Translations under genes and position numbers: made by a program
Shown: in pieces, positions 4,306 through 5,536 of the stretch
Position numbering within the stretch: position 1 is the first letter of the stretch
Layout of the letters: every line of letters begins with the position of its first letter
Notes under the pieces: generated by a model
Database searches by the model: none
What the model was told of the DNA's origin: nothing
Seen by the model: only the letters and a program-made list of their open reading frames with translations
NCBI GenBank assembly: GCA_020697515.1
Contig: JAIXNB010000034.1
Coordinates: 1 to 5,536 of the forward strand
Reading direction: 5' to 3'
Length of the DNA: 5,536 nt
DNA from: Nanobdellota archaeon
GTDB taxonomy: Archaea; Nanobdellota; Nanobdellia; Nanobdellales; Nanobdellaceae

Positions 4306-5342
4306 TTGAAAAATGACAGTATAGACTTTTGAGTTCCGGCTTTTATGGCTTTTTTTAACTCTTCAACAGCTCTCTTAACTCTGTCTGGATTAAAATTATG
4401 TCGATCCACTAATATTCTAAATATCTTTTCCTCGTCTGGTTCTCTCCATTTAACATCATCAATCTCTACGATGGGCGGGTTCTTAAAAAAATCAAGAATA
4501 TCTTTCCAATTTATATCCGGATAGTACTTTTCCCAATTGACATATTTAAACAATTTCTCAGGGTCTTTTGCCTCTTTCACTAGTTGATATGCTGTTTTCA
4601 ACCCTATCCCGGGAATTCCTTCAGGATTATAATCGGTCCCTATTAAAAGAGCTAGCCATATTAGTTTCTCGTGAGATAATTTTAGATAATTCAAGATCTC
4701 TTTTAGTTCTATTATCTCTGGTCTTATTTCTACTTCTCTCCCTCTTATTTTTCGTTTTCCAGTGATTGCTAAATTTCTAGCAATTCTAGGGGATCCAAAC
4801 AATAATGAATCATAATCCTGGGATCCAGTATAATCTGCTAACCCCACCTTAACTAAGTATGCAGCCTGAGCCTCTCCTTCGGAAGGCGCCTGTATCCATG
4901 GTATCCCCATTGCATCTAGAAGTTCTTTAGCTTCCATTATCATATCTGGTGTCAACCTAGCGGTACCTTGTGCATATTTTTTTAAATCAGTCAGTATACC
5001 CATCTCTAAAGCTTTCTTATACTTATCTTCCATTTTTTTCTTAATTTCTTCTCTTAATTCTATTTCCTTTTTCTTAAATCCAGGGTATTTTCCATCAAAA
5101 ACATAAATAGGCCTTACATTATACTCTAATAAATTCTTTGTACGATAAAATAACCCAGAGAGATGGGAGGTTATCCTACCTTTCGAATCCATCAGAGGGG
5201 TTCCATCAGGTTGCCTTATTGCGGTTAAAAATTGGTATAGTGTGTTAAATGCGTCTAGCGCTATTCTTTTCCCCATGAAGAATCTTAAGTCTACTTCTTT
5301 AATGACTGGTTTGATTAGTTCACGTAACTCAGCAAGACCCAT
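4302..5342 (-). CDS. fen: Flap endonuclease 1 (FEN-1)
   Basis: XPG-N region (DAFNTLYQFLTAIRQPDGTPLMDSKGRITSHLSGLFYRT, VFDG), XPG-I region (PSEGEAQAAY, SQDYDSLLFG), helix-3-turn-helix (GTDYNPEGIPGIGLKTA), and a C-terminal PCNA-interacting PIP box QKSILSFF. It is very similar to the Pyrococcus and Sulfolobus FEN-1 sequences as I recall them. Confidence 0.97.
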   Translation of the reverse strand: MGLAELRELIKPVIKEVDLRFFMGKRIALDAFNTLYQFLTAIRQPDGTPLMDSKGRITSHLSGLFYRTKNLLEYNVRPIYVFDGKYPGFKKKEIELREEIKKKMEDKYKKALEMGILTDLKKYAQGTARLTPDMIMEAKELLDAMGIPWIQAPSEGEAQAAYLVKVGLADYTGSQDYDSLLFGSPRIARNLAITGKRKIRGREVEIRPEIIELKEILNYLKLSHEKLIWLALLIGTDYNPEGIPGIGLKTAYQLVKEAKDPEKLFKYVNWEKYYPDINWKDILDFFKNPPIVEIDDVKWREPDEEKIFRILVDRHNFNPDRVKRAVEELKKAIKAGTQKSILSFFK

Positions 5343-5364
5343 ACACTACTAGGTTAAAATAAAG

Positions 5365-5372
5365 ATTTAAAG
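5365..5372. promoter_or_regulatory. Palindromic TATA-like core ATTTAAAG/CTTTAAAT shared by divergent fen and the downstream ORF
   Basis: Its centre (about 5368.5) is 26.5 nt from the fen ATG (5342) and 27.5 nt from ATG 5396. A second TTTAAATA at 5381-5388 is less well placed for either start. Confidence 0.35.
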
Positions 5373-5395
5373 AGGAGTACTTTAAATAAACTAGA

Positions 5396-5536
5396 ATGGT
5401 GTTCAATATCTTTAAGAGAAAAAAGAAAAAGGAGGAAGATAAGGAAAAAAAGAATGATGTTGTAGGAACGTGTGTTGTGTACAATCAACCTGTAAGAAAA
5501 ATAGAAGATTATAGAATATTACATTTTCAGGGTCAA
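5396..5536 (+). CDS. Partial ORF (N-terminal 47 codons, continues beyond the window), hypothetical
   Basis: ATG 5396 opens a frame that stays open to the window end: MVFNIFKRKKKKEEDKEKKNDVVGTCVVYNQPVRKIEDYRILHFQGQ. It is absent from the supplied track, presumably because it is short or partial. I recognise no family. Confidence 0.4.
   Translation, partial: MVFNIFKRKKKKEEDKEKKNDVVGTCVVYNQPVRKIEDYRILHFQGQ

Noticed and set aside
4568-4765. Plus-strand 65-aa ORF inside fen
   Set aside because: It is antisense to FEN-1. Its L/S/F-rich sequence is typical of shadow ORFs.
1-5536. CRISPR arrays, transposases or IS elements, integrases, rRNA genes
   Set aside because: I found no regularly spaced repeats, no transposase or integrase-like ORFs, and no rRNA-like sequence anywhere in the window.

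Overview
This is an AT-rich archaeal chromosomal segment, roughly one-third GC by eye. The archaeal call rests on a FEN-1 flap endonuclease, an archaeal/eukaryote-like prolyl-tRNA synthetase, a DUF1922-type zinc ribbon, and TATA-like boxes about 26-27 nt upstream of start codons, which implies leaderless mRNAs. I cannot assign the lineage from sequence alone. The K/E/I/Y-rich proteins suggest a thermophile. Gene order: a small hypothetical protein (39-335, +), a 540-bp non-coding gap (336-876), proS (877-2517, +), a PsiE-like membrane protein (2511-2909/2915, -), a zinc-ribbon protein (2948-3166, +), an HD-domain dNTPase-like phosphohydrolase (3172-4305, -) translationally coupled to fen (4302-5342, -), and a partial ORF leaving the window (5396-5536, +). 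Two things deserve a second look. (1) The non-coding gap holds a 66% GC island packed with hairpins (336-490), a 25% GC spacer with TATA-like boxes (491-585), and a second purine-rich structured island (about 580-835). The islands share a diverged hairpin module, and the second contains mutually exclusive helices. I found no signature of tRNA, 5S, RNase P, SRP, C/D or H/ACA RNAs, so these are unassigned structured-RNA or DNA-element candidates of uncertain strand. (2) ProRS carries an in-frame insertion of about 70 aa just upstream of class II motif 3, where the homologues I recall have a loop of about 8-10 residues. The rest is compact but ordinary housekeeping sequence.
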